This document shows positions 19,155-29,540 of a stretch of 64,000 bases of DNA, piece by piece. Position numbers and translations under genes: made by a program. Where the stretch lies: positions 1,256-65,255 of the forward strand of contig NZ_JAZQRK010000052.1 of NCBI RefSeq assembly GCF_045629545.1. The letters are read 5' to 3'. Origin of the DNA: Chryseobacterium sp. (lineage in GTDB: Bacteria; Bacteroidota; Bacteroidia; Flavobacteriales; Weeksellaceae). Position 1 is the first letter of the stretch. The number at the start of each line of letters is the position of its first letter. The notes under the pieces are model-generated. The model was not told the origin of the DNA. It did no database searches and saw only the letters and a program-made list of their open reading frames with translations.

Positions 19155-19385
19155 AGTTTTAATTTTTTACTTTTATTTTATAAGCTGCAAATTACAAAAT
19201 TCATTTAAATAATTAAAATATAATCATAATTCTGAATATTATAGAATTTCTAGTGAAAATAAGAGTCTGTATAAGTATTTTTAAGTTTGTTATTTATATA
19301 ATGCATTGTCTACATTTGCTAAACAAACACGATGTCGAAAAACAATTATTTTTTTTAAAATGAAAGCTATTGGAGTTTATAGCTT

Positions 19386-20168
19386 TCATTTTTTATTATT
19401 AAGTCTACCCGCGTGAGGATTGTAGTTATCCCATATTTTCCAAGTATTGTTAATTTTTTTAATAAAATAGATTTGGGTATTAAGTTGGTTTACAAAGTGT
19501 TCTTCTCCTGTTTCTCCAGATTTGAATAGCAAATTCCAGAATTCTTGCGTTTCTAAAATTTTTTTATCAGGCTCATCTGTAACGATATTGATATCAAAAA
19601 TTTCAAAGTTGGATCTATTATTCTTTGTAATGAGTTCAAGTTTTCTCTCACAAAGTTCTTTACTGAACTCAGAAACTCTTTCTAAAAAAGGTGAATTGTC
19701 AAATACCAAATCCTTAAAAAGATCGAGTTCTAATTGGGGGAATTTTTTATATAATTCAAAAACTTGAGTACTATATTTATACACAATATCAGTAGAAAAG
19801 TAATGTTCCATAGATGGATAAGTCTTTACTTTCTCATTTTTAATATTTGAAATATAACTATTGAGATCTTTATAACCCAAAAATATGCAGATTTTATCCA
19901 AGGTCTTTAAAAATCTTAAATCATTATGAGTTTTATCTTTATAATCGTTTTCAAAAAACCTTTGCAACGTGATATGTGAAATAGTATTTCCTAGTTCAAA
20001 TTTTTTGTCCTGTGTAAGTAGGTTCGATAAAGCGAGTTCGTGTTTTATGATTTCAGATAGAATAATATAATGACTTCTTTTCCATTCATCAACTTTTCCA
20101 AGTACAGAATCTTTTACCTGAGAATGTTTTACGACTTCCTCCTTTATAGAATTATATATAGTCTTCAA
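19386..20168 (-). CDS. Hypothetical protein, possible N-terminal HTH
   Basis: TTG start; ISHITLQRFF...TLDKICIFLGY pattern resembles Bacteroidota HTH-like domains. Confidence 0.6.
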   Translation of the reverse strand: MKTIYNSIKEEVVKHSQVKDSVLGKVDEWKRSHYIILSEIIKHELALSNLLTQDKKFELGNTISHITLQRFFENDYKDKTHNDLRFLKTLDKICIFLGYKDLNSYISNIKNEKVKTYPSMEHYFSTDIVYKYSTQVFELYKKFPQLELDLFKDLVFDNSPFLERVSEFSKELCERKLELITKNNRSNFEIFDINIVTDEPDKKILETQEFWNLLFKSGETGEEHFVNQLNTQIYFIKKINNTWKIWDNYNPHAGRLNNKK

Positions 20169-20290
20169 TTGTGTTTTTTTATAAAAGTTATTTTTTCATC
20201 TATTTTGCCAAAATAGCTTTGGTGTTTATATTAATTATTATTGATATAAAAATAGCGAATTTTTTGATTAAAATCTATATTTTTATAGAA

Positions 20291-21571
20291 TTATTTTGTA
20301 CAATAAAATCGATCGAAGGCTGCTCTTTCTAGCATGGCTCTATCGTCAGGATGTGAGATCCGAATAATTTCTTTAGCTCTTTGCTTTAGGTTCTTCCCGA
20401 ATAAATAAGCTATTCCGTACTCTGTAACAATGTAGTGTATGTGTCCTCTTGTGGTGACCACTCCTGCACCTTGCTTTAGAAAAGGAACAATTCTCGAAAC
20501 GCCCTTTTTCGTACGAGAAGTAATGGCAATAATGGCTTTTCCACCTTCACTAAGTGCCGCACCACGCATGAAATCCATCTGTCCGCCAATTCCACTGTAT
20601 TGGTAGGTGCCTATAGAATCTGCACAGACTTGCCCTGTGAGATCAATCTCAATCGCTGAATTGATTGCTGTCATTTTCTTGTTTTTCATAATGTTAATAG
20701 GGAAATTAACATCAGATACTTCCTTGAAGGAAAAAAGACTATTGTCATCTACAAAATCGTATAATTTTTTGGTTCCAAAGCAGAACGTAGTCACTGTTTT
20801 GTTATTATAATGACCTTTGTATTTGTTGGTTACTACTTCTTTCGTGATAAGATCTAAAACTCCATCACTCAGCATTTCGGTATGAATTCCTAAATCTTTA
20901 TGATTGTGCAAAGATTTTAAAACTGCATCAGGTATATTTCCTATTCCCATTTGCAAAGTAGCTCTATCTTCTATTAGATTAGCAACATTTTTCCCAACCA
21001 ACATCTCAACTTCACCAATGAGGGACGAATAATCTATGGTAGGCAATTCTTTTTCATGCCACACCATTTTATGGATTTTACTAATATGTATCATGCCATC
21101 ACCATGTGTTCTAGGCATTAAAGGATTTACAATAGCTATGGTTTTTTTTGCACGGTCTACAGCAGATTTAGCAATGTCTATAGATGTTCCCAAAGTACAA
21201 AATCCATGCTTATCTGGTGGAGAAACAGTAACTATAGCTACATCCAATGGCAAAATGTTATTTTTAAATAATATAGGAATCTCACTTAGAAACACTGGAA
21301 TAAAATCTCCATTTTCTGAGTTTACTGCCTCTCTTACTGGATTGGATACGAACAAAGAATTAATAAAAAAGCTACCCTTGTATTGTGGTTTGGCAATTTC
21401 TACTTTTCCTTGTACCGTAATGGATACAATTTCTACATTTGATAATCGTTCTGCCTGGCGCGCCATCTCGTCTATCAGATAATTGGGTGTGCATGCACTT
21501 CCATGTAAAAATACACGGCTATCACTTTTTATAGTTTGTATTGCCTCTTCGGCACTTATATAATTGCTCAT
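20291..21571 (-). CDS. Acetyl-CoA hydrolase/transferase family (4-hydroxybutyrate CoA-transferase-like)
   Basis: TLQMGIGNIP, HTEMLSDG, INSAIEIDLTGQV, SGIGGQMDF, IVTEYG. Confidence 0.9.
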   Translation of the reverse strand: MSNYISAEEAIQTIKSDSRVFLHGSACTPNYLIDEMARQAERLSNVEIVSITVQGKVEIAKPQYKGSFFINSLFVSNPVREAVNSENGDFIPVFLSEIPILFKNNILPLDVAIVTVSPPDKHGFCTLGTSIDIAKSAVDRAKKTIAIVNPLMPRTHGDGMIHISKIHKMVWHEKELPTIDYSSLIGEVEMLVGKNVANLIEDRATLQMGIGNIPDAVLKSLHNHKDLGIHTEMLSDGVLDLITKEVVTNKYKGHYNNKTVTTFCFGTKKLYDFVDDNSLFSFKEVSDVNFPINIMKNKKMTAINSAIEIDLTGQVCADSIGTYQYSGIGGQMDFMRGAALSEGGKAIIAITSRTKKGVSRIVPFLKQGAGVVTTRGHIHYIVTEYGIAYLFGKNLKQRAKEIIRISHPDDRAMLERAAFDRFYCTK

Positions 21572-21760
21572 GGTTAGTAAACGTTTTCCTGATCATAAAT
21601 TAATAGTAACAAGGTATTATTTTATTTTAAGATAAAGACCATTACAATTCAACTTAGCTCAATTATTATTAAACTATGTAAAATTGATATATTAAAAAAG
21701 AGCGTTAAATGTTAATTTTAACGCTCTTAATAAATTTTTATGAAAAGTAATTATTAGAAA

Positions 21761-23248
21761 TTATTTCTTCATACTTCCAGTTTCAGCAAAATTAATATGC
21801 CAACTGAAAGATTCTTCTAGTAGGTGAGGCGTATGACCTCCACGCTCGCAAGCGCGATCAAAATAAGATTGTAGTTCTTCTTTATAATCTGGATGCACAC
21901 AATTATCAATAATTTTTTGAGCTCTTTCTCTTGGAGCCAATCCTCTAAGGTCTGCAATACCGATATCGGTTACTAAAACATCTACATCATGCTCTGTATG
22001 GTCTGTATGAGAAACCATAGGTAAAACATGAGAAATTTTATTTTCTTTGGATGCTGCTTGAGTTACGAATATACTTAAATAGGCATTTCTTGCAAAATCT
22101 CCAGAACCACCAATACCATTCATTATTTTGGAACCACCAATGTGTGTAGAGTTTACGTTTCCGTAGATATCAAATTCAATCGCTGTATTAATAGCAATTA
22201 CTCCCAATCTGCGGATCAATCCTGGTGTGTTAGAAATATTCTGTGGTCTTAGTACTATTTTATCTCTATATTTAGCCAAATTATCAAATACTCTATCGTA
22301 GCATTCTTTGGAAACAGTGATTGAAGACGCAGATGCAAAACTTAGTTTTCCAGCATCTATAAGATCAAAAGTACTATCTTGAAGTACTTCAGAAAACATC
22401 GTGAGATCATAGAAATTACTGTCTTTGAAGCCTGTAAGAACTGCGTTGGCTACTTTCCCAATTCCAGCTTGTATAGGAAGTAATCTATCAGTAAGTCTTT
22501 CTAATTTCACTTCATTTTCGAAGAAGCCTAGCAAATGCTTAGCAATAGCAGAAGTTTTCTCGTCTGGTTCGGCAATATCTGCTGGGCTATCTTTTTTGTT
22601 TGTGAAAACAATAGCAACTACTTTTGATGGATCCAACGGAATACTTTTTCTACCAATCTTGTTCCAAGGAGCAACAATTGGAATTACATTTCTGTGAGGA
22701 TAATCTTCAGCTTGATAAATATCGTGAATACCATATATAGATTCTGGCACCTCTGTATTAATCTCGATAATCACTTGTCTTGCCATAGAAGCAAAAGTAA
22801 CCGAGTTACCTACAGATGTAGTAGGAACAATGCTACCATCTCTCTCTATATAAGCTGCCTCAATAACAGCGATATCAAGAGTTTGAAGATTTTTTGCATG
22901 AAGAAGCTCTGCACTTTCGCTCAAGTGCTGATCCATGAAAAGTATTTCCCCGTTATTTATCTTGTTCCTTAGAATAGGATCTACCTGAAAAGGCATCCTT
23001 TTTTTTAGTACATTGGCTTCAGCCAACTTTCCGTCTGTTCCATGTCCTAGAGAAGCACCCGTCATCAAAGTAATTTTAATGTCTTCGGTTTTGCCTCTTT
23101 CAGCTAGTGCTGCTAGAACTGCTTTACTGTCTCCGGCTTTGGTGAAACCGCTTGACCCTACAACCATTCCATCTTCAATAAACTTTACGGCTTCCTCGGC
23201 TGTAGTTACCTTGTGGTGTAGATTTTCTAACCTGATTCTTTCTAACAT
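21761..23248 (-). CDS. Succinate/acetate CoA-transferase (acetyl-CoA hydrolase family, AarC/Ach1-like)
   Basis: SGFTKAG, PIQAGIG, FSEVLQD, NGIGGSGDFARNA, GGHTPHLL. Confidence 0.9.
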   Translation of the reverse strand: MLERIRLENLHHKVTTAEEAVKFIEDGMVVGSSGFTKAGDSKAVLAALAERGKTEDIKITLMTGASLGHGTDGKLAEANVLKKRMPFQVDPILRNKINNGEILFMDQHLSESAELLHAKNLQTLDIAVIEAAYIERDGSIVPTTSVGNSVTFASMARQVIIEINTEVPESIYGIHDIYQAEDYPHRNVIPIVAPWNKIGRKSIPLDPSKVVAIVFTNKKDSPADIAEPDEKTSAIAKHLLGFFENEVKLERLTDRLLPIQAGIGKVANAVLTGFKDSNFYDLTMFSEVLQDSTFDLIDAGKLSFASASSITVSKECYDRVFDNLAKYRDKIVLRPQNISNTPGLIRRLGVIAINTAIEFDIYGNVNSTHIGGSKIMNGIGGSGDFARNAYLSIFVTQAASKENKISHVLPMVSHTDHTEHDVDVLVTDIGIADLRGLAPRERAQKIIDNCVHPDYKEELQSYFDRACERGGHTPHLLEESFSWHINFAETGSMKK

Positions 23249-23422
23249 TTAATCTCTATTTTATTCAAACCCCTTTCAGAGTGAGCGATTCTGTAACTTA
23301 TCAATTTACAACAGAATTTATATGGTGTAAATTTACAAAAAAGATGCTGAAGAGGTGGTCTAAGCATCTTTTTTTTACATTTATTTATATTAATTCTAGG
23401 TAGTGAAGAAATGTGGAGAAAT

Positions 23423-24577
23423 TTATTCATCTAACCACGAAGTCATATAAGTAGGATCTTCCACTTTCATCGCTTCTTCTGTAATTTTTAATGGTCTAAA
23501 AGGGTCTACCATCACTGCGTATTCATACGTCTCCTTTACCCCAATACTTCTTTCCATAGCGCCTGGATGTGGACCATGTACAATACCGCCAGGATGAAGT
23601 GTAAAGTCCATCAAGTCAATATGATTTCTGCTCATGAAATCTCCTTCTGTATAGAAAAGTACTTCATCAGAATCGATATTAGAGTGATTGTAAGGTGCCG
23701 GAATTGCCTCGGGATGATAATCGAATAACCTAGAGACAAATGAACAAACTACAAAATTGTGCGCTTCAAAATTTTGATGCACGGGTGGTGGTTGGTGTAT
23801 TCTTCCGGTAATAGGTTCGAAATTTTTTATATTAAATATATATGGATAAAAATAGCCATCCCAACCCACTACATCAAATGGATGAGTAGCATATATAAAA
23901 TCTGTGATAACGTTTTGTTTCTTTACTCTAATTAGAAATTCTCCTTTTTCGTCTTTTGGTGCTACAAATTCTGGTGCAATGATATCTCTTTCGCAGAATG
24001 GAGAATGCTCTAGCAATTGTCCAAACTCATTTCTATATCTCTTGGGTGTATACAATGGCGAATGACTTTCTAAAACAAAAAAGACGGTATTCTCTGTATC
24101 CAATTCTACTTGATAGATGGTTCCTCTTGGGATAATGATATAATCGCCAGCGCCAAATTTCAGATTCCCAACAAAAGTTTTCAACGTACCTGTTCCTTCG
24201 TGTACGAAAAGCATCTCGTCGCATTCTGCATTTTTGTAAAAATAGTCCATAGATTTTCTCGGCTTCGCAAGTCCCATTTTTAGGTCGTTGTTTACCAAAA
24301 GAAACTTTCTGCTGTCTAGAAAATCGTTCTCAGGTGTTACGTGCATCCCCTTAAACATTCTAGGAGTTACATTTTTGTCAACAGCAATTTTTGGGGTTAC
24401 ATCTTTAGCATTCCCAATAGATCTTATCTGTGTAGGACGATGAATATGATACAAAAGTGAAGAAATACCATGAAAACCTTCTGTGCCGAAAAGTTGTTCA
24501 TAGTAAAATTTATCTTCAGGAGATTTAAAAACGGTATGTCTTTTTTGGGGGATATTCCCTGATTGATGATATCTCAT
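23423..24577 (-). CDS. hmgA: Homogentisate 1,2-dioxygenase
   Basis: FYKNAECDE, HPFDVVGWDG, PPPVH, PYNHSNIDSDE, HPGGIVHGP; start set at MRYH. Confidence 0.93.
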   Translation of the reverse strand: MRYHQSGNIPQKRHTVFKSPEDKFYYEQLFGTEGFHGISSLLYHIHRPTQIRSIGNAKDVTPKIAVDKNVTPRMFKGMHVTPENDFLDSRKFLLVNNDLKMGLAKPRKSMDYFYKNAECDEMLFVHEGTGTLKTFVGNLKFGAGDYIIIPRGTIYQVELDTENTVFFVLESHSPLYTPKRYRNEFGQLLEHSPFCERDIIAPEFVAPKDEKGEFLIRVKKQNVITDFIYATHPFDVVGWDGYFYPYIFNIKNFEPITGRIHQPPPVHQNFEAHNFVVCSFVSRLFDYHPEAIPAPYNHSNIDSDEVLFYTEGDFMSRNHIDLMDFTLHPGGIVHGPHPGAMERSIGVKETYEYAVMVDPFRPLKITEEAMKVEDPTYMTSWLDE

Positions 24578-24666
24578 GGTACTTTTTATTTTCTCAAATT
24601 TAATCATTTTTCACGAATCCAAAATTATGAGTTTATTCAAATTAAGTTTTTGTTTTAGAAAATAAA

Positions 24667-24686
24667 TGTTAGATTTGTCTAACATC
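24667..24686. promoter_or_regulatory. Palindromic operator (TTAG-N6-CTAA, DtxR/MntR-like) overlapping a TAnnTTTG -7 element
   Basis: ATGTTAGA-TTTG-TCTAACAT perfect 8-bp arms; TAgaTTTG at 24671-24678; immediately upstream of the TonB receptor ATG. Confidence 0.7.
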
Positions 24687-24694
24687 TATTATTT

Positions 24695-26761
24695 ATGATA
24701 CGAATATACTTTTTTATTATTTTTATATCTTCATTTTGTTATTCACAATCTGAAAGCAAAGACTCCATAACTATTGAAAATGACACTATCAAAGAACAGA
24801 ATTTCAATATAGATAAAACTGCTACTATTGATGATATCGTGATTACAGGAGCTGTAAAATCTATGGCGAGATCTAAAAGTCCGGTAGCAATTGAAATTTA
24901 TAATCAAAAATTTTTTCAGAAAAATCCCACTCCTAATGTATTTGAAGCCATCGCAATGGTAAATGGGGTAAAGCCACAACTGAATTGTTCGGTTTGCAAT
25001 ACAGGAGATATTCATATTAATGGGTTAGAAGGAGCTTATACCATGATTCTGATAGATGGTATGCCGATAGTAAGCTCGTTATCCACAGTATATGGATTGA
25101 GTGGAATACCGAATAGTTTGGTGGAAAAAATAGAAGTGATAAAAGGTCCTGCATCTTCTCTTTATGGTTCGGAAGCGATGGGTGGTGTGATTAATATTAT
25201 CACTAAAAATGCCTTGTTGGCACCGAAACTTCATATTGATCTCATGACAACTACTTGGAATGAAAACAATGTTGACTTTGCTACAAAATTTAATTTTGGT
25301 GAGAAAATAGCATCTATTTTAAGTGTAAATTATTTTAGTTATCAAGAAAAAATAGATCAAAACAACGATAATTTTACAGATGCAGCACTTCAAAACAGAA
25401 TTTCAGTTTTTAACAAATGGAATTTTAAAAGGAAAGAAAATAGGCAAGCAAGTTTTGCCTTACGATATTTGTACGAAGATAGAAATGGAGGAGAAATGCA
25501 ATGGGAAAAAAGATATCGTGGTGGAGATGAGGTATATGGTGAAAGCGTTTATACAAATAGAGTAGAGGCTTTTGGTATGTATCAATTGCCATTTAAGGAA
25601 ACTATTATTACTCAGTTTTCATTTAATTATCATGATCAAAATTCGGTGTATGGCGACCAAGCATTTCTGGCGACTCAAAAGGTGAGTTTTGCGCAGACCT
25701 ATTGGAATAAAGTGGTTCGAAACCATGATTTTACAGCAGGAATTACGTTCAAAAAAACATTTTACGACGACAATACTCCAGGTACTTTTTCTCAAGATGG
25801 GCAAACCAATAAACCCATGAATTCTCCTTTGTTAGGCATGTTTTTACAAGACCAATGGACCATTAATGATAAAAATACTCTACTTCTGGGTTTCAGATTG
25901 GATTATGATAAAGTGCATCATGCGGTACATTCTCCACGTTTGGCTTGGAAATTTTCTCCCTATCCTTTGCATATTTTAAGACTAAATTTTGGGACAGGTT
26001 TTCGGGTGGTAAATTTGTTTACGGAAGACCATGCGGCGCTTACAGGCTCTAGAGAAGTAATTATTAAAAATAATCTGAAGCCAGAAAGATCTTATAATGG
26101 AAATCTTAATTATATATGGAAAATACCATTTGGAAATCAGTTTTTAAACTTAGATACATCAGCGTTTTATACGTATTTCACCAATAAAATTGTAGGAGAT
26201 TTTGATACCCATCCAGACCAAATTTTATATGATAATCTGGACGGATTTGGTGTTTCTAAAGGTGCTTCTATAAATATGGAGTTTAAATTTACCAAACCGC
26301 TTAGTCTGAATATTGGGCTCACTTACAATGAAGTATACCAAAAACAAAATTCTGTTGGTAAGAAAATTCAGCAACTTCACGCTCCAAAATGGAGTGGAAC
26401 TTATGGTGTGACTTATGAATTTAATAATAATTTGGTTATAGATTTTACTGGTCAGTTTTATGGTTCGATGAGGCTTCCGATATTAGAAAATGATTATAGA
26501 CCCGAATATTCTCCATTATTTACACTAGCAAATATTCAGGTTTCCAAAAAATTTCAATCTGGTTTTGAAATTTATACTGGTGTGAAAAATTTATTTAATT
26601 TCACGCCAAAGAATCCTTTGATGCGCCCTTTTGATCCATTCGATAAAGATATTCACAATACGATAACCAATCCTCAAGGATATAGTTTTGACACCACATA
26701 TGGCTATGCATCTATGCAGGGTATAAGGGGTTTTATGGGAGTAAGATTTAACTTGAAATGA
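24695..26761 (+). CDS. TonB-dependent outer-membrane receptor
   Basis: Plug motifs IEVIKGPASSLYGSEAMGGVINIIT, CSVC in plug, C-terminal VRFNLK. Confidence 0.92.
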   Translation: MIRIYFFIIFISSFCYSQSESKDSITIENDTIKEQNFNIDKTATIDDIVITGAVKSMARSKSPVAIEIYNQKFFQKNPTPNVFEAIAMVNGVKPQLNCSVCNTGDIHINGLEGAYTMILIDGMPIVSSLSTVYGLSGIPNSLVEKIEVIKGPASSLYGSEAMGGVINIITKNALLAPKLHIDLMTTTWNENNVDFATKFNFGEKIASILSVNYFSYQEKIDQNNDNFTDAALQNRISVFNKWNFKRKENRQASFALRYLYEDRNGGEMQWEKRYRGGDEVYGESVYTNRVEAFGMYQLPFKETIITQFSFNYHDQNSVYGDQAFLATQKVSFAQTYWNKVVRNHDFTAGITFKKTFYDDNTPGTFSQDGQTNKPMNSPLLGMFLQDQWTINDKNTLLLGFRLDYDKVHHAVHSPRLAWKFSPYPLHILRLNFGTGFRVVNLFTEDHAALTGSREVIIKNNLKPERSYNGNLNYIWKIPFGNQFLNLDTSAFYTYFTNKIVGDFDTHPDQILYDNLDGFGVSKGASINMEFKFTKPLSLNIGLTYNEVYQKQNSVGKKIQQLHAPKWSGTYGVTYEFNNNLVIDFTGQFYGSMRLPILENDYRPEYSPLFTLANIQVSKKFQSGFEIYTGVKNLFNFTPKNPLMRPFDPFDKDIHNTITNPQGYSFDTTYGYASMQGIRGFMGVRFNLK

Positions 26762-27219
26762 AAATATTAGTTCTCCTTTTTTTGGTCTATTCAAGCTATT
26801 GTTCGTCTCAAGAGCTTAAAATGTATTCCTCTGAGGAAATTGGGAAGCTTCATACAAAACCATTAGTAATTCATATCTATACCGATTGGTGTACCGTATG
26901 TGGAGTAGAAAATTATAGAATTATAAAAAATAAACCTCTGGTAAAACTACTGAATGAAAATTATTATATGATAAAAGTAGAGGCAGAAAAAACAAAAAAT
27001 GACATTTTTTTTCAAGTCAAAAAATATTCTTTTGTCTCTAATGGTACCTCTGGATTACATGAATTTGCACAAGCATTTTCTAGGAATAAATTACAACCAA
27101 TCTATCCTATTTGGATAATCATAGGTACTGATGGTCATCTTCTGCATTATCAGGAAGGTAGTTTTAGGAAAGGAGAAATGGAAATTGTACTCAAAAACCT
27201 AATGCAGAATAAAAAATAG
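26758..27219 (+). CDS. Thioredoxin-family protein
   Basis: YTDWCTVC, IYP; ATGA overlap with the receptor stop. Confidence 0.8.
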   Translation: MKILVLLFLVYSSYCSSQELKMYSSEEIGKLHTKPLVIHIYTDWCTVCGVENYRIIKNKPLVKLLNENYYMIKVEAEKTKNDIFFQVKKYSFVSNGTSGLHEFAQAFSRNKLQPIYPIWIIIGTDGHLLHYQEGSFRKGEMEIVLKNLMQNKK

Positions 27220-27328
27220 TGTAAATATCACTTTACATAAGCATTTGAAAATTAAGAATTAATTTTTATGTTAAAATTAAAATTTTGTTAATTATTTAAG
27301 TGCAAATTTGTATTTAGAATAAAAGACA

Positions 27329-27769
27329 ATGAGCAAAAGAGTTAATATATCAGAAATAGAATCTGTAGGATACAAAGCCATGCTAGGTTTGGAAGCCTAT
27401 TTACAAAACATTAGTCTGACGCCAATACAAAAAGAATTAGTAAAAATACGTGCCTCACAGATCAATGGTTGTGCTTACTGCCTAGATATGCACACCAAAG
27501 ATGCTTTGAAATACGGAGAAACAACACAAAGAATCTTTGTTTTGGAGGGTTGGAGAGAAACCCATCTTTTTTCTAATGACGAAAAAGTACTTTTGGCAAT
27601 GACGGAGGAGATTACACAAATTAGTAAAAAAGGATTGTCTGATAAAACCTACGAAAAAGCGCAAAAATACTTTACCGAAAATCAGATTGCACAGATTATT
27701 ATGGCGATTGTTACCATTAATGCGTGGAATAGGATTGCCGTGAGTACGCACTTGCAAATTCCGAATTGA
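27329..27769 (+). CDS. Carboxymuconolactone decarboxylase / AhpD-like protein
   Basis: ELVKIRASQINGCAYCLDMH, INAWNR. Confidence 0.9.
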   Translation: MSKRVNISEIESVGYKAMLGLEAYLQNISLTPIQKELVKIRASQINGCAYCLDMHTKDALKYGETTQRIFVLEGWRETHLFSNDEKVLLAMTEEITQISKKGLSDKTYEKAQKYFTENQIAQIIMAIVTINAWNRIAVSTHLQIPN

Positions 27770-27823
27770 TATTAAAAATAAAAATAGCGCTACAATTAGT
27801 ATTCAGCGCTATATTTTTTACCT

Positions 27824-28429
27824 TTAAAATGAAAATTCTTTCTCGAAAATAGTTTGTAAGTGATCTTGGTAAGATTGCATATCGCGTTCTATATTTGCGT
27901 TTTTCTCTACATCATGAAAATGGTAACCGTCTAGTTTTTCTAGCGATAAAAAGGAATTCATTTTGTGGAAGCCAAACATCGGGCCGTCATCTACACTTGT
28001 TTCATTGAAGAATTCTCCTGGCAATGTGAAAGCTGTTTTCGGCGCATTCCAACTGGTTGTAAGCATGTATTTTCTTCCACCCAAAGATCCACCAGTTCCA
28101 TAATTAATTTCCAGAGTTGCGGTGCGTCTTCCATCACTTATGTATAAACCTTTTGCATGTCCTGCGGTAAAAACCACATCAATATATTTTTTGAACTCAA
28201 ACGGAAGTTGAAACCACCAAACTGGCGTATGATAGATGATATAATCTGCCCAAACAAATCTTTCTACCTCTTCATTTGGATCATATCCATCTTTAATATG
28301 CGTCACTTTTATTTCTACATTTTCGAATTTTTGTAAAGCTTCGATGGTATTTTCTGTAACAGTTTGGTTGTATTTTCCTCCAGAATGTCCGAAGTCTTGT
28401 CCACCATTTATTATAAATATCTTTTTCAT
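27824..28429 (-). CDS. NAD(P)H-dependent oxidoreductase (MdaB/flavodoxin-like)
   Basis: HTPVWWFQLP, KKYIDVVF, YMLTTSWNAP. Confidence 0.88.
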   Translation of the reverse strand: MKKIFIINGGQDFGHSGGKYNQTVTENTIEALQKFENVEIKVTHIKDGYDPNEEVERFVWADYIIYHTPVWWFQLPFEFKKYIDVVFTAGHAKGLYISDGRRTATLEINYGTGGSLGGRKYMLTTSWNAPKTAFTLPGEFFNETSVDDGPMFGFHKMNSFLSLEKLDGYHFHDVEKNANIERDMQSYQDHLQTIFEKEFSF

Positions 28430-28603
28430 TTGATTCTATCGGTTGTAAACTTTTAAAACAACAAAATTAAGCCCAAAAGAATGATATTAAAAATGATATA
28501 AATCTTGTCAGAATTTAATCTAAAAATAATAAACCCTCAAAATTAGGAATGGAAGAATGAAATCTAAATTATTTATCGGAAATTTGATTTAAAATTAAAA
28601 AAA

Positions 28604-29479
28604 ATGAAGGATACCAATAAGGATGACCAGCCATGGGTAACGCTAAACAACGGAATTGCAATACCTGCACTTGGATTTGGGGTTTGGCAAATAGACGATG
28701 AAACAATTTGCGAAAATGCAGTTCTGAAAGCGATACAAACGGGATATAGAATGATAGATACGGCTTCTATCTACATGAACGAAAAAGCGGTGGGTATGGC
28801 AATTATCAAAAGTGGAGTTGCGCGAGGCGATTTATTTATTACCTCAAAACTCTGGGTTCAGGATCATGGCTATGAACAGGCAAAAAGTGCCTTCCAGAGA
28901 ACACTAGACAGATTGCAACTAGAATATCTAGATATGTATCTTTTACACTGGCCATTTGGAGATTTTATTGGTGCTTGGAAGGCATTGGAAGAACTTTATA
29001 AAGAAGGAAAAATAAAAGCAATTGGTGTTTGTAACTTCACCATAGAAAAGTTGGAAGAATTGAAAGCGAGCAGTGAAATTTTACCCGTAGTAAACCAGAT
29101 AGAACTTCATCCGATTTTCCAGCAGAAAGAATTGCAAATGTATAATAAAGAAAATAATATGATTACAGAGCCTTGGAGTCCTTTGGGGAATGGAAATAAT
29201 TTAATTTTAAAAAATGAAACTTTACTAGACATTGCTAATAAATACAACAAAACTGTAGCTCAAGTTGTCTTGAGATGGCATTTGCAAGAAGGTTTTGTGG
29301 TGATCCCGAAATCGATCACTCCATCCCGAATTGAAGAGAATTTTAACGTTTTTGATTTTGAATTATATGAAAATGAAATGAACTCTATCAGAAATATAGA
29401 TACCAATACAAGATTGTTTTTTGACCCGAAAGATCCAGAGTGGGAACAAAAAATGCTAGCTTCTAAAGCTGATATATAA
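28604..29479 (+). CDS. Aldo/keto reductase
   Basis: GFGVWQ, IDTASIY, TSKLW, YLLHWP, IGVCNF, IPKS. Confidence 0.93.
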   Translation: MKDTNKDDQPWVTLNNGIAIPALGFGVWQIDDETICENAVLKAIQTGYRMIDTASIYMNEKAVGMAIIKSGVARGDLFITSKLWVQDHGYEQAKSAFQRTLDRLQLEYLDMYLLHWPFGDFIGAWKALEELYKEGKIKAIGVCNFTIEKLEELKASSEILPVVNQIELHPIFQQKELQMYNKENNMITEPWSPLGNGNNLILKNETLLDIANKYNKTVAQVVLRWHLQEGFVVIPKSITPSRIEENFNVFDFELYENEMNSIRNIDTNTRLFFDPKDPEWEQKMLASKADI

Positions 29480-29484
29480 AACAA

Positions 29485-29517
29485 ACAAACCCTTTCTAAA
29501 CTAAAGAAAGGGTTTGT
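29485..29517. terminator. Bidirectional terminator
   Basis: acaaaccctttct-aaactaa-agaaagggtttgt. Confidence 0.75.
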
Positions 29518-29540
29518 ATTATATTTAATTTTAAATAAAA

